Source of the DNA: Ginkgo biloba
Taxonomy: Eukaryota; Plantae; Ginkgophyta
DNA length: 21,224 nucleotides
Assembly (NCBI GenBank): GCA_024626585.2
Contig: JANKJI020000002.1
Location: 127,921,008 to 127,942,231 of the forward strand
Direction of reading: 5' to 3'
The notes beneath the pieces are model-generated. The model was not told the DNA's origin. It did not search any database and saw only the letters and a program-made list of their open reading frames with translations. Both the position numbers and the translations under genes were made by a program. Shown here piece after piece: positions 9,586 to 19,884 of the stretch (within the stretch, counting starts at the first letter, position 1; every line of letters starts with the position of its first letter).

Positions 9586-11348
9586 TTACATCACTAACTT
9601 TAATCCATTATTTATTCTTCTAACTATTTACTCATGTCATCTTCTAATGGATTATCTCCATCGCCTTTTATTGTGATTGTCTTAGCAGTAAACACTTGGA
9701 AACTCAACGTAATTACCTTCACAAAACATCTTTGAATGACTTTGAATGCCGACTTTTGCTTGCGCACTTGCAAAGCAAAAAGTGGAAAGTTATGAAGCAA
9801 ATCAAACAGAATCCCTTAAAATTGGACAAGTAGGCTAAGCCAAGGAACTTGAAGGAGCCTCTTTGCATAGTGTGCCAACATCAACATCTCCCCTTGCAAT
9901 GCCTTTGATTTTTGCTCCTTCCACCACCTTCATTCCAACATGATTCCAAATTTGGTTGGTGGAAGTACGTTGGTTGTGTCATCTTTCTTTTTATTAGAAA
10001 TAAGTTCATTAAGTGTTCTAATTGTATTGGTTTCATCAATGTCAACTCCTGGTTAGTCACCCATCATATCTTCTATAATTTTGTCAACACCAACAGAAGG
10101 GTTGTGAACTCCAACGTCTCAACCACCTCCAGGTTCCTACCAAGTTTTTGGATGCATTTGTGTCACCAAATACGATGGTTGTTTCCTCCATTAGAGTTAC
10201 TTGCCAATCTATTGATACAGATAGTGTTGCCATCTAAAGGAGGAGAAATTATTGAGGTTGAGGATGTTGATGCTGTTGGGGGAGGTTCTAGTGGTCATTT
10301 TCGTCTACACTTCTGTTAGTCTTCCTTGGCAATAGCGAGTATGCTTGAACGAATCAAGTTTTATTCTAGAAGATATTTCCTTAACCGATCATGCCACAAC
10401 CAACATGGAAGAAAGAATTGATAATGACTTCCTGTTGCTTGGCTTTACTATGTCTGGTAGGAAGGAAGAAGTTTTCCCTTTAACCTAGGACAATGAGCCA
10501 CCCAATGTTTTCTTTGTTAATACTCCAATTGTGAGTGAGGCGATGTTGACCCCTTTTTGTTGTCTTATCTCCTCCTATGCTGACATTAAAATTCATTGAT
10601 GTCCCATGCTTCACCTAGTATCTATGACTACCAAAATTACGACAAACTTGCTCTACTCTACAAGATCTTCAATGTACAACACTAGTTCCATGTTGCCTCC
10701 AACTCCTCGAAGAACATATATCGACAACATTCCTCCAATCTAATTTAGGCTGTATGTAATCTTGTTAGTATTCCACTTAAAAAGTGTGGTTAGGCATGGG
10801 ATGAGCTGATTTTGGTTTTCTTTCTCAGGTTTTGAGATGTCAAACCTAGTGGTAACTATAGTTCTTATGTTGACTAGTGGAGTTGTACAGACTACTTAGG
10901 CCATAACTGCATTTTCAACCCTAACTTCTTATAGAACACTTGTTTCTGCTTCTATTTTCAGCTACAACTATGCCTCTTCAAGCTCCTCCTATGACACTTG
11001 CAACTTTCCAACCTTCTAAAGCCAATGTTGTCCCTTCTACCCTTGCTTCTTTAGCCCCCAATTTCTCGAGTAATTTTTCTATAGTTGCCACCACGGAAAC
11101 CTTTATGGGCTATTTAGAGCCCAATGGCTATATTTTGTCCATNNNNNNNNNNNNNNNNNNNNNNNNNNNNNNNNNNNNNNNNNNNNNNNNNNNNNNNNNN
11201 NNNNNNNNNNNNNNNNNNNNNNNNNNNNNNNNNNNNNNNNNNTAGTTACTTTTAATAAGGTAACTTTACTTTTCTAGGCTGTAACATTGAGTAAGGAGTA
11301 GTAGATGCCAATGCTGCTACAATGTCAATCAAGATAAATTAATCCACA

Positions 11349-11834
11349 TTGGAAAAACCATCCAAAGATTTTCTTGAGAAATGGAAGAAAGCAAGGGACA
11401 ATGCTCAGGTCATTTATGGCCAATTCTTCAAATCCTTCCACCTGTTAGAGGTAAATACACAAAAGCTCAATTGGATTCAAGAGCATTTTAATAATTGGGC
11501 ATCCAACAACCTCAATTTGCAACCAACAAAATAATCTTGGACAACTGTTAACAGAAAGCTCAATGCTTGCAAGATGTCACCTGCAGATCTCAGAAAGGAG
11601 ATGGCAACTATCAAAATGCAATAACATTTGGGATCAGATAAGGAAAAGTTGCTTCTAAAATCTGACTTTGTTGATTGCTTAGATGACAAGTTATATAATC
11701 TCCACCACTGTATTTGGTGATTGCAGGACAAAAGGGGTGAATTAAATTCTGGATTGGATGACCCTTTGCCTTCAACGTATGGCATGGTTTACCAATCGCT
11801 TTGGAGCTTCTTAGAAGACCCGACAAATGAATAA
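11349..11834 (+). pseudogene. Decayed helical/charged ORF, probable LTR-element accessory ORF
   Basis: One frame of 162 codons with four stops (TAA 11532, TAA 11622, TGA 11718, TAA 11832), each one C>T change from Gln or Arg. It is preceded by S/T/P-rich frames (about 9700-11140) and followed by an LTR-like tract. Confidence 0.35.
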
Positions 11835-11959
11835 AACAGAAGAGGAAATACTGTACACACTTACAAACAGTTGAGGCACTTATGACCATGGGCTAGGAGA
11901 ATTAATCTGATGATGGTGAAAATGGTGATAAAATAGCTGAACGTCAATGCTTAGAAACA

Positions 11960-12716
11960 GAATGAAATGAGCAATCACAAAGATCTTAAAACGCTGGTTC
12001 AATTTGATCATGGATCAAGCTGCTCAAACGCTCAACTATTCAATCTGACCTCAACGCTGCCTATTGTTGCTTGGCAACCCACTCCCAGAACTAGATGGAA
12101 ATTCTCTCATGTATCTTGACGTTATAGGCCATAGGCCAGAAGAGATTAACAAATGTGGCTGTCGTACGGTTGAGGAAATTTGGAATACGTTTTGAAATAA
12201 CTTGTTATAAGACCATTGGACAGAGACGCAGATGTCTCAACATACCGAACATATTTCTTATTTGTCGTGTGATGATGGTCAAGATCTTGGGGAAAATCAA
12301 GCAGGTAGTGAAAAATATCCGATGGGAACAGGACCAAATCAATTAGCCAGTGGAAATTTTCAAGTGGGTAGTAGCCAAACCAATTGTCCACTATATAATT
12401 CTCGTTAGTATATTCTTTGTCGTGTTTGTGCAAAATGTCGCTGGGGCAAAATGATGTTCATTTGAAATGGATTGGAATTGAATAGTGTTAATTAGAATCA
12501 GGTTCAAGTGAGGGCGAGGAGGACTGGCTTGCGATAGACATCCCATTTCAGAGAAAGACCGCATCATCACTACTGACTGCTTACAAACGGTTTCGATGGA
12601 CGAGCGAAGAGACACTCTCGATATCACACAGANNNNNNNNNNNNNNNNNNNNNNNNNNNNNNNNNNNNNNNNNNNNNNNNNNNNNNNNNNNNNNNNNNNC
12701 TACACCCTCAAGAACA
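11960..12716 (+). mobile_element. Possible LTR / 3' non-coding region of a retroelement
   Basis: Non-coding and visibly richer in CpG than its flanks. CTATATAA TATA-like box at 12391-12398 and an AACA end at 12716. No TSD or PPT identified. Confidence 0.3.
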
Positions 12717-13579
12717 TTGTCTCCTAGTGCCCTCCTCTTAGTTTTACAACGAAAAAGCAAATTGTATCTATTCCAATGTAGAAAACTGAACAGGATAATT
12801 GTTATCACATGCAGAAGATCTTTCTCATTGCTGTTAAGGATCAAAACCAAGAATGAAATTTATAGTAGTATTTATTTGATTCCAACTGCATTTATGGTGT
12901 CAAAGCATAAAATTCTTGTGTTGTCAAACTTATTTTGATCTCTTATCAATTGTAAATATCTGTTAGTCATGTCCCACTTCAGCAAAACGTTTTCCTTAGT
13001 TCCTTTTAAACTTCTATTCAAGTTGGCCCTTTCTGCCATCCTATAGCCAGAAGATTATAAGATGACCTTTCAAAAGTCATTTGATCTTTGTTCTTCCATA
13101 TTTGTTGTAATATTTCTCTAGGGAGATTCCTTCAGATGCCTTCTAGTAAATCTTTGGTTTGCCCACGTATTCTTATCATTCAGAAATCATCTTTTGAGGT
13201 GGAGAATACCTTACTGATTACTTCTTTAGACTAATAACTGTCATTCTATTCCAGAGTTTCTTTCTTAGTAGGCATTTTTAGATTGTCTCGATCTTCTGAA
13301 CTATGTTTGCATAGCATACTAATACTTGTATATCTCCACCTTAATCATTTCTGTCTTTGGTTAACAATATAGTATGGGCTTCCAACCATAGAAATATATT
13401 AGTCTTGGGTGGATAATCTTTCTTCCATGCATTCTAGTAATGATTATCTTTGTAATTTGTCTCTGCATGTGTAATTGAAAGGTTATCCTCTGGTCCATCA
13501 AACACAATGTTATGTTCTGAAGACTGGGGACTCTGAACTACATTTGCATAGCATTCAAGTATCTTTTTTTTTGGTTGAC

Positions 13580-13822
13580 TAACTGATAGTTGGTCTCCAT
13601 AAGAACAGCTTTTAAACTCTTATTCATTTCTTAAAAACTAGAGATCATCATCTTCAAACATCTTCCAATGTTCTCAATTGTTTAGAATTTAAGGTATGAA
13701 TGGGACTTCTACCTCAAATGTCCTATGAACTAAAGAGGAATGAGAAGAAAATAATAAAGCTAAGATATCTAGTGAATTACATAATTGGTTTTGTCCCCTA
13801 GGAACAAATAAAATATCGAATG
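13580..13822 (-). mobile_element. Tat/Ogre-like Ty3/gypsy fragment (C-terminal part of the additional, archaeal-type RNase H and following linker)
   Basis: Minus strand FDILFVPRGQNQLCNSLDILA...TFEVEVPFIP*ILNN*EHWKMFEDDD matches the (I/V)PR..N..AD.LA end of RNase HI-type domains, then a HW..FEDD block that I recall from gymnosperm Tat-like elements. Confidence 0.6.
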
Positions 13823-14122
13823 NNNNNNNNNNNNNNNNNNNNNNNNNNNNNNNNNNNNNNNNNNNNNNNNNNNNNNNNNNNNNNNNNNNNNNNNNNNNNN
13901 NNNNNNNNNNNNNNNNNNNNNNCATTATTGTCTAGCAATTGTGAATTATAACATAAGAAGCATAATTTTTCCTCCAGACATTTCATCTGATAATTTCATA
14001 TGTGACCTCTGTATCTGTAGTATTAGTGATAGTTTTATCCTATGATCCTGTGAGTGCCACAAGACTGGAAACCTCTAGTTAAGTTTGCATTGGTTAACCT
14101 AGATGGAAGTGCATATCTGGCA

Positions 14123-14239
14123 TCTAAGCTCACAAGAAAATGAATCAAGGTAAGGTGTGATTTGTGGGATTGTACATTTAACTAGTACCACCTCAAACAA
14201 TTAGATAGGTGGTACCTGCTTTGTCTAAGCTCACAAGAA
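14123..14239. repeat. 16-bp perfect direct repeat flanking an 85-nt segment with an internal hairpin
   Basis: TCTAAGCTCACAAGAA at 14123-14138 and 14224-14239. Inverted pair GTACCACCT(14185-14193) / AGGTGGTAC(14207-14215). Confidence 0.8.
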
Positions 14240-14719
14240 TTAAAGTTGGGACTGTTGAGTGCCTGAACTTGAATCCTATATAAAGCATAAAGNNNNNNNN
14301 NNCAAATTTAAACACCAGCAACTGTGTTTTTGGTCAAATGCACATTACATTGAGGGTGCACTCAATTAAAGTTTGATGTATGATTATGGCCAACTATATT
14401 GTCCTTTATTTTTCCAATGGCTAAAACACTCAATGTCATGATTCTATACAGCTTGATAGCGTTGGGATTCAGGAACTATAAACCATGCCAATATCTGGAG
14501 TGCAAATTCAGAGAATTTAATCTTCTGAAATGGAGGCAGACAACAAGTGAGCAGAGAGAAATCAACGATTATACTTCGACCAGTAACTAGACTATAGGTG
14601 CATTGTTTGGACGAAAAGAAGGAAAACAACCAGGCCAAAAAGATGTATAGAATTCATCTATTCAAACAAAAAGCAAAAGACAATAGTGATATTTTCCAAA
14701 TATAATCAGGTTGATATTC

Positions 14720-15500
14720 TTTTTAGTTCTATGGTGCTGGGTGGGTTCTCTATTCTGCTGGGTCTTTTCTCTCTTTTGTCTCATTATTCTCTTTGCTGGA
14801 TCATCTCTCAATTGTTTTGTCTTCCTTTGTGGGTGTGTCTTTTCACTGTACTTCTTTTACTGGATTGTTTTTCTTCTCTGTCCTCCCTTTGCCTTTCCTT
14901 TTTGCTGAGCCTTCCATGGCTTACTATCAAGCAACTTGGGTGTCCAACAACACAGCAGTTGTTGGATATCAGAATATTCTGGCAAATATTGTAATTCAAC
15001 TGCCACCATACATTTATGCAACTTGATATTTACCCTGGGTGCCTTCCTCCCGTCTGTCTTTTCCTTGCAAGATGATGCTATTAAGAAAGTTGGCCTGGGC
15101 TAAGATACCGTTAGATATGTTACAATAGGTTTTTCAGATGTCTCTTTCTGTGACACCACTGCATGTATGTAGGATACTAGGCGACAGCATTTCCTGATTT
15201 ACAAAGGTTCATAAAGGGAGCAAACTTCCCCATTGAATTTTGAAATTTCCATGGATTGGAATTTCTGCAAAAATTTCATGCATATTCCGTCTGCCCTCAG
15301 TTTTGTTCTGGAATCTGCACTTGTGACATTCCAGCGTCCTACCAACATGTCTGCATGATGTGTTCTTGAACACATCATGTTTCCACATGATCTTAATCTG
15401 GGAGCCTGTAAAAATTCCATTGTGTTGCCAATCCGTCATTGGTCTTTCCACATGAATTCCAGCAGACTACACTGGTGGGACCCAGTGAATGAGGGAACAC
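14720..15500 (-). mobile_element. Probable highly decayed L1-type LINE ORF1 remnant
   Basis: Minus strand shows EF.W....RIGNTM.F, then a frameshifted CX2CX4HX4C-like knuckle (C-S-x-C-HRKR-H-LK..C, about 15122-15162), then a K/E/R-rich purine tract. This order fits plant LINE ORF1 (DUF4283 + zinc knuckle + low-complexity tail). Confidence 0.4.
15354..15379. repeat. Perfect 12-bp inverted repeat with 2-nt spacer
   Basis: CATGATGTGTTC-TT-GAACACATCATG. Confidence 0.9.
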
Positions 15501-16058
15501 CTGCAGACTAGATAGTGTAGTCCTTCATATTCTCAAACAGCTTATTGCTAAAAAGGGCTCGTGAAAAATTGATAGACTGCACCTTTTAGTTTTCATTGCC
15601 ACTTCCTCATATCTCCTCCTTTCTTATTTATTTTCTCATGTTCTCAAATAAATTATTCTCCTTGTGCAAGGGGCAGTCATTTTTGACTAACCAGTTACAG
15701 TTGTAATTTTGTGAATTATGTAAAGTTATCTTTCAAGTAGTGGCTGTCAGTTCCACATTTCTATTCCATTAGAAAGAGTAGGCATTTCAAACTGTTTTAA
15801 TTGAAAAGTTCAATCATATACACAAGTTGAGGCGTATCCTTATTCATGTCAGAGGATTGAAAGAGGCTGGGCATATGAAATGTTGATGATAAAGGTACTG
15901 GCAAACTACTGTATATATTTTTATTATTTTACAATCTGGAGCCCTGCCTGCTTTATCCAAATATGGAGATTTTCCCTCGGATTAAGATATTGATTTACCT
16001 GCACTTCATGACAGTTTATCATCATTTGGAAGGTCTCTAAATTTGGATGATTTTGTAG

Positions 16059-16143
16059 GCAAGTGCTTTTAGAGGCTGCCGAGAAAGTAGGTGTCAATGG
16101 AGCAAAAGAATGGCTTGAGGATCCAAACAATGGACTGAAAGAG
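16059..16143 (+). CDS. DsbA/FrnE-like protein, coding exon E (RQVLLEAAEKVGVNGAKEWLEDPNNGLKE)
   Basis: Acceptor TTTTGTAG| and donor GAG|GTAAAA. 85 nt, phase 2/0, completing the split Arg codon (CG|G) from exon D across the long intron. VL.EAA..VG matches the family. Confidence 0.9.
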
Positions 16144-16326
16144 GTAAAACTTCATATTTTATNNNNNNNNNNNNNNNNGTCAGGTCTTTCACAGTAGATT
16201 GTTTCATTAGTTATCCAACTTGAAAGCCATTGTATAGAGTTTTTGTAGTTTACCAAACAACCTAATCTTCAGTAGTTGGAAGCATAAGGTGTATTCTGAC
16301 TTGAAGTTCTTTCATGGTGTGCCTAG

Positions 16327-16383
16327 ATTAATGATGACCTTGAGAAATATGCACGTGTTGTGACAGGAGTTCCACATTTTCTG
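16327..16383 (+). CDS. DsbA/FrnE-like protein, coding exon F (INDDLEKYARVVTGVPHFL); terminal exon not visible
   Basis: Acceptor CCTAG| and donor CTG|GTTTGT. Contains the cis-proline loop motif GVP (16366-16374) of DsbA-type folds. 57 nt, phase 0/0. Confidence 0.88.
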
Positions 16384-17054
16384 GTTTGTATGATTATATA
16401 CACTTTTGNNNNNNNNNNNNNNNNNNNNNNNNNNNNNNNNNNNNNNNNNNNNNNNNNNNNNNNNNNNNNNNNNNNNNNNNNNNNNNNNNNNNNNNNNNNN
16501 NNNNNNNNNNNNNNNNNNNNNNNNNNNNNNNNNNNNNNNNNNNNNNNNNNNNNNNNNNNNNNNNNNNNNNNNNNNNNNNNNNNNNNNNNNNNNNNNNNNN
16601 NNNNNNNNNNNNNNNNNNNNNNNNNNNNNNNNNNNNNNNNNNNNNNNNNNNNNNNNNNNNNNNNNNNNNNNNNNNNNNNNNNNNNNNNNNNNNNNNNNNN
16701 NNNNNNNNNNNNNNNNNNNNNNNNNNNNNNNNNNNNNNNNNTTTGGCATTTTATACATTCAACGATTGCTAGATTCAGATAGATTTGTAACATTAGAGAG
16801 GAGTTCCTCTGTGCATTGCTTTTTATGGATTTTCATGCTTGTCGTGAAGAACTCTAGCCTAGAAATGCAACTATAGGTTTAAATTCATCCAAATTGCAGG
16901 AAGAAAAATGTGTTTTGCAGTTTAGCAAGCCTGTAATATACAAAGTGATTAATGCAATAGAGAATGAATCAGTGTAGGTTGAATTTTGTGCTCCTATTGG
17001 TTTGTTTAGTGTTGTCCACAATGATGTGTATGTATTAGACTTGTATCCAATATA

Positions 17055-17060
17055 AATAAA
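17055..17060 (+). promoter_or_regulatory. Candidate polyadenylation signal (AATAAA) of the DsbA-like gene
   Basis: AATAAA follows a TG/TGTA-rich, 3'UTR-like tract (about 16980-17050), roughly 0.3 kb after the N-run expected to hold the stop codon. Confidence 0.35.
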
Positions 17061-18635
17061 TTGCTTCAGATATCTAAATAATTGAACCCCATCCAAATAA
17101 TGATCTTGGAATGTATGGAGATAGGGAGAAAGGAAGACTTTGAAAATTGGAAAAGTCTTCTAATGACTTTAGGCAGTGACATCAACTTAACATAATTTTT
17201 TATGTGTTAAATTTGAAGAGGACCAATAGTTCATTTATCACTGAAATCTATGCATAATTAGAGAGGAATACAAAACTTGTGAAAAGAAGGATATGCAAGA
17301 TGGATTATGTTTCAAATAATATTAGACAGCCATTAGGGATTTACTCACTACGTTCATTGCAACTAAAACAAAAAATGCCTTGAATGTATGTATGGGGGTC
17401 AGTTGGAGTTGGCATTGATTTCCATTGTGAAGGCTATAAATTCAATCCATTTGCAAGACTTATTATGGATTCATTGAGTTCTTTCTTTAATTATTTCCAG
17501 ACTTGTGTCAAATTTTAGCAGTCTATGCTTAGGCATCAATGCATTTGTGGGCTTTGTCCTTTAGAGGTCAACGCAGAGGAGCATTTAATTTTTAATTTAT
17601 AGGCTAGTCAAGTCAAGTTAATTTGGGCTTGAGGAAGTTAAAAGCTAGAGAAGGAAGTGAGGAACACTGTAAGTGGGTGCTACAACTACTTGTGGCACCT
17701 CCATGGACAATGTTGACCAATTAAAAGGCAAAAGTACTAAACATCAATTCAAGAGCCTAGTGTTGGGTGCCTCTGATAAGGAAGTAACACGTGGCAAAGC
17801 ATTATGGGTTGGCAGTAGGGAACCAAGGCAGTCCTAATCAAGTCTAAATAGCCCATGGAAGGAGCTAGAATGCCTAGTTTTCCATATACTGAAGGTCATG
17901 GTTTGGCTTGGCAACATTTTGGTTTTCTTTAGAATTAAATTAGATTGTATGTCTCTGCCTTTTTGGATCAAAGGAGGCATTGTAAAGGCTAATTTTGGGC
18001 TTGTAAGAAGAAGAGGGGACATTTTCTAGTAGGATGTCACACTTGGGCACAAGAAGCAAGCTTTTTAGCAGCGTTAGAGGCCTCAAGAGACCCTTAGAAG
18101 TGTGGGGTAAGACTCTTAGGAGTGGAGTAACCTTCCCTAAAGACTCTTATGTCACTGGTTTGTGGTTGACTTCAAAAAGGANNNNNNNNNNNNNNNNNNN
18201 NNNNNNNNNNNNNNNNNNNNNNNNNNNNNNNNNNNNNNNNNNNNNNNNNNNNNNNNNNNNNNNNNNNNNNNNNNNNNNNNNNNNNNNNNNNNNNNNNNNN
18301 NNNNNNNNNNNNNNNNNNNNNNNNNNNNNNNNNNNNNNNNNNNNNNNNNNNNNNNNNNNNNNNNNNNNNNNNNNNNNNNNNNNNNNNNNNNNNNNNNNNN
18401 NNNNNNNNNNNNNNNNNNNNNNNNNNNNNNNNNNNNNNNNNNNNNNNNNNNNNNNNNNNNNNNNNNNNNNNNNNNNNNNNNNNNNNNNNNNNNNNNNNNN
18501 NNNNNNNNNNNNNNNNNNNNNNNNNNNNNNNNNNNNNNNNNNNNNNNNNNNNNNNNNNNNNNNNNNNNNNNNNNNNNNNNNNNNNNNNNNNNNNNNNNNN
18601 NNNNNNNNNNNNNNNNNNNNNGCTACCAAAAAGGC

Positions 18636-18780
18636 TTGAAAGGATACTTGACATTATTCATGGCAATTGGGTTGAAAAGATACCTATCAAATTGTTAGCC
18701 ACGAGGGTTGAAAGGATAACATATTTTTGGATGGTTATTTTGTTGAAAGGATACCCACATTATTATTAGCCATCGATACC
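18636..18780. repeat. Degenerate ~36-bp tandem repeat with conserved TTGAAA(G/A)GATA core, probably LTR sub-repeats
   Basis: Core at 18636, 18672, 18708 and 18743 (spacing 36, 36, 35), with an additional isolated copy at 18905. Confidence 0.8.
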
Positions 18781-19884
18781 ATAAATTAATCGAACAAATA
18801 CACACAATTAAGTTATGATGAACTAACATAAATAAATATTTTGTAGCAAGGACAAAGCCTTTTTAGGTCTTATTGTCGAAAGGTGTTTGTGTGCAAAAGA
18901 GGGGTTGAAAAGATACTTGGGGTCTTGCACCGTTATGGATGTTGGATGAAGGGGAAGAGTATACCAGAGCAATCATAGCTATTCGGTGTCGATGGTTGCA
19001 CATGGATGCAATTGAAAGTTTGGTTGCCAACACAATAATCCATTAAAATTGTCCTTTATGCAACTTTCTTTTAGACTAGTAGCCCTACTTTTTCACCTTT
19101 TTAGATGTAATCAAGTTATAAACCTTAATGCTTTAATTCATGCTTGTTGAACATGGTTGTCTTGCAGGCATGGGTAGCGGAGTTGCTACTCCATTGTATC
19201 CACCAAATCTTTGTTGAGTCTTTAGGCGCATTACTTCATGCATTTAAATCGGGTCATTTGCAGTGCTAATATATTTTGCATGAGATTTGCATTGCATTGT
19301 TGACATACTCTATCTGCAATTTCTGTTTTTAATCTAGATAGGTAATATAGTCTGTTTGGTTGTGTGTATCCTGTTTTTTCAATAACTTCATTTCTAGAGA
19401 GAAGAGAGATGAAAATCTGAAATCTTTCAAGTCAAAATAATTCTATGTGAAAATGATGGGAAATTTGTTGAGAAAGATAATGTGAAACTTTTCAAATGAA
19501 AATGATTGGAATATTGTTCAAGTGTAACGGTGGATAAAGTTGAAAAAGTGGGGGTTCAGAGGTAAATGTAGGCAAGTTGAGTGGGGTTTCTCTTGGACCT
19601 AAGGTTGGGAGGAAAGCAGTATGGGGAATTCCTTGTGTAATCANNNNNNNNNNNNNNNNNNNNNNNNNNNNNNNNNNNNNNNNNNNNNNNNNNNNNNNNN
19701 NNNNNNNNNNNNNNNNNNNNNNNNNNNNNNNNNNNNNNNNNNNNNNNNNNNNNNNNNNNNNNNNNNNNNNNNNNNNNNNNNNNNNNNNNNNNNNNNNNNN
19801 NNNNNNNNNNNNNNNNNNNNNNNNNNNNNNNNNNNNNNNNNNNNNNNNNNNNNNNNNNNNNNNNNNNNNNNNNNNNNNNNNNNN

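Larger units (their letters stand above)
6706..16058 (+). other. Long TE-filled spliceosomal intron (9353 nt as assembled, including N-runs)
   Basis: GTAAGC...TTTTGTAG boundaries with compatible phase between exons D and E. Contains several retroelement remnants. Confidence 0.88.

Noticed and set aside
12065-12716. Second solo LTR bounded by TGTT...AACA
   Set aside because: The flanking 5-mers differ (CCTAT vs TTGTC), so there is no TSD support for these boundaries.
14686-15026. Hydrophobic, membrane-protein-like ORFs on the + strand
   Set aside because: All three frames look similar because of a T/C-rich tract. This is better explained as the antisense of a purine-rich, probably LINE-derived, segment.
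18636-18780. CRISPR-like appearance (GTTGAAAG motif, regular period)
   Set aside because: The conserved core is only about 12 nt, the spacers resemble one another, there are no cas genes, and the context is spliceosomal introns and plant retroelements.
19245-19275. Possible LTR end plus primer-binding site (GGGTCATTTGCA|GTGCTAAT)
   Set aside because: Too degenerate from TGGTATCAGAGC to call, and there is no second LTR for confirmation.
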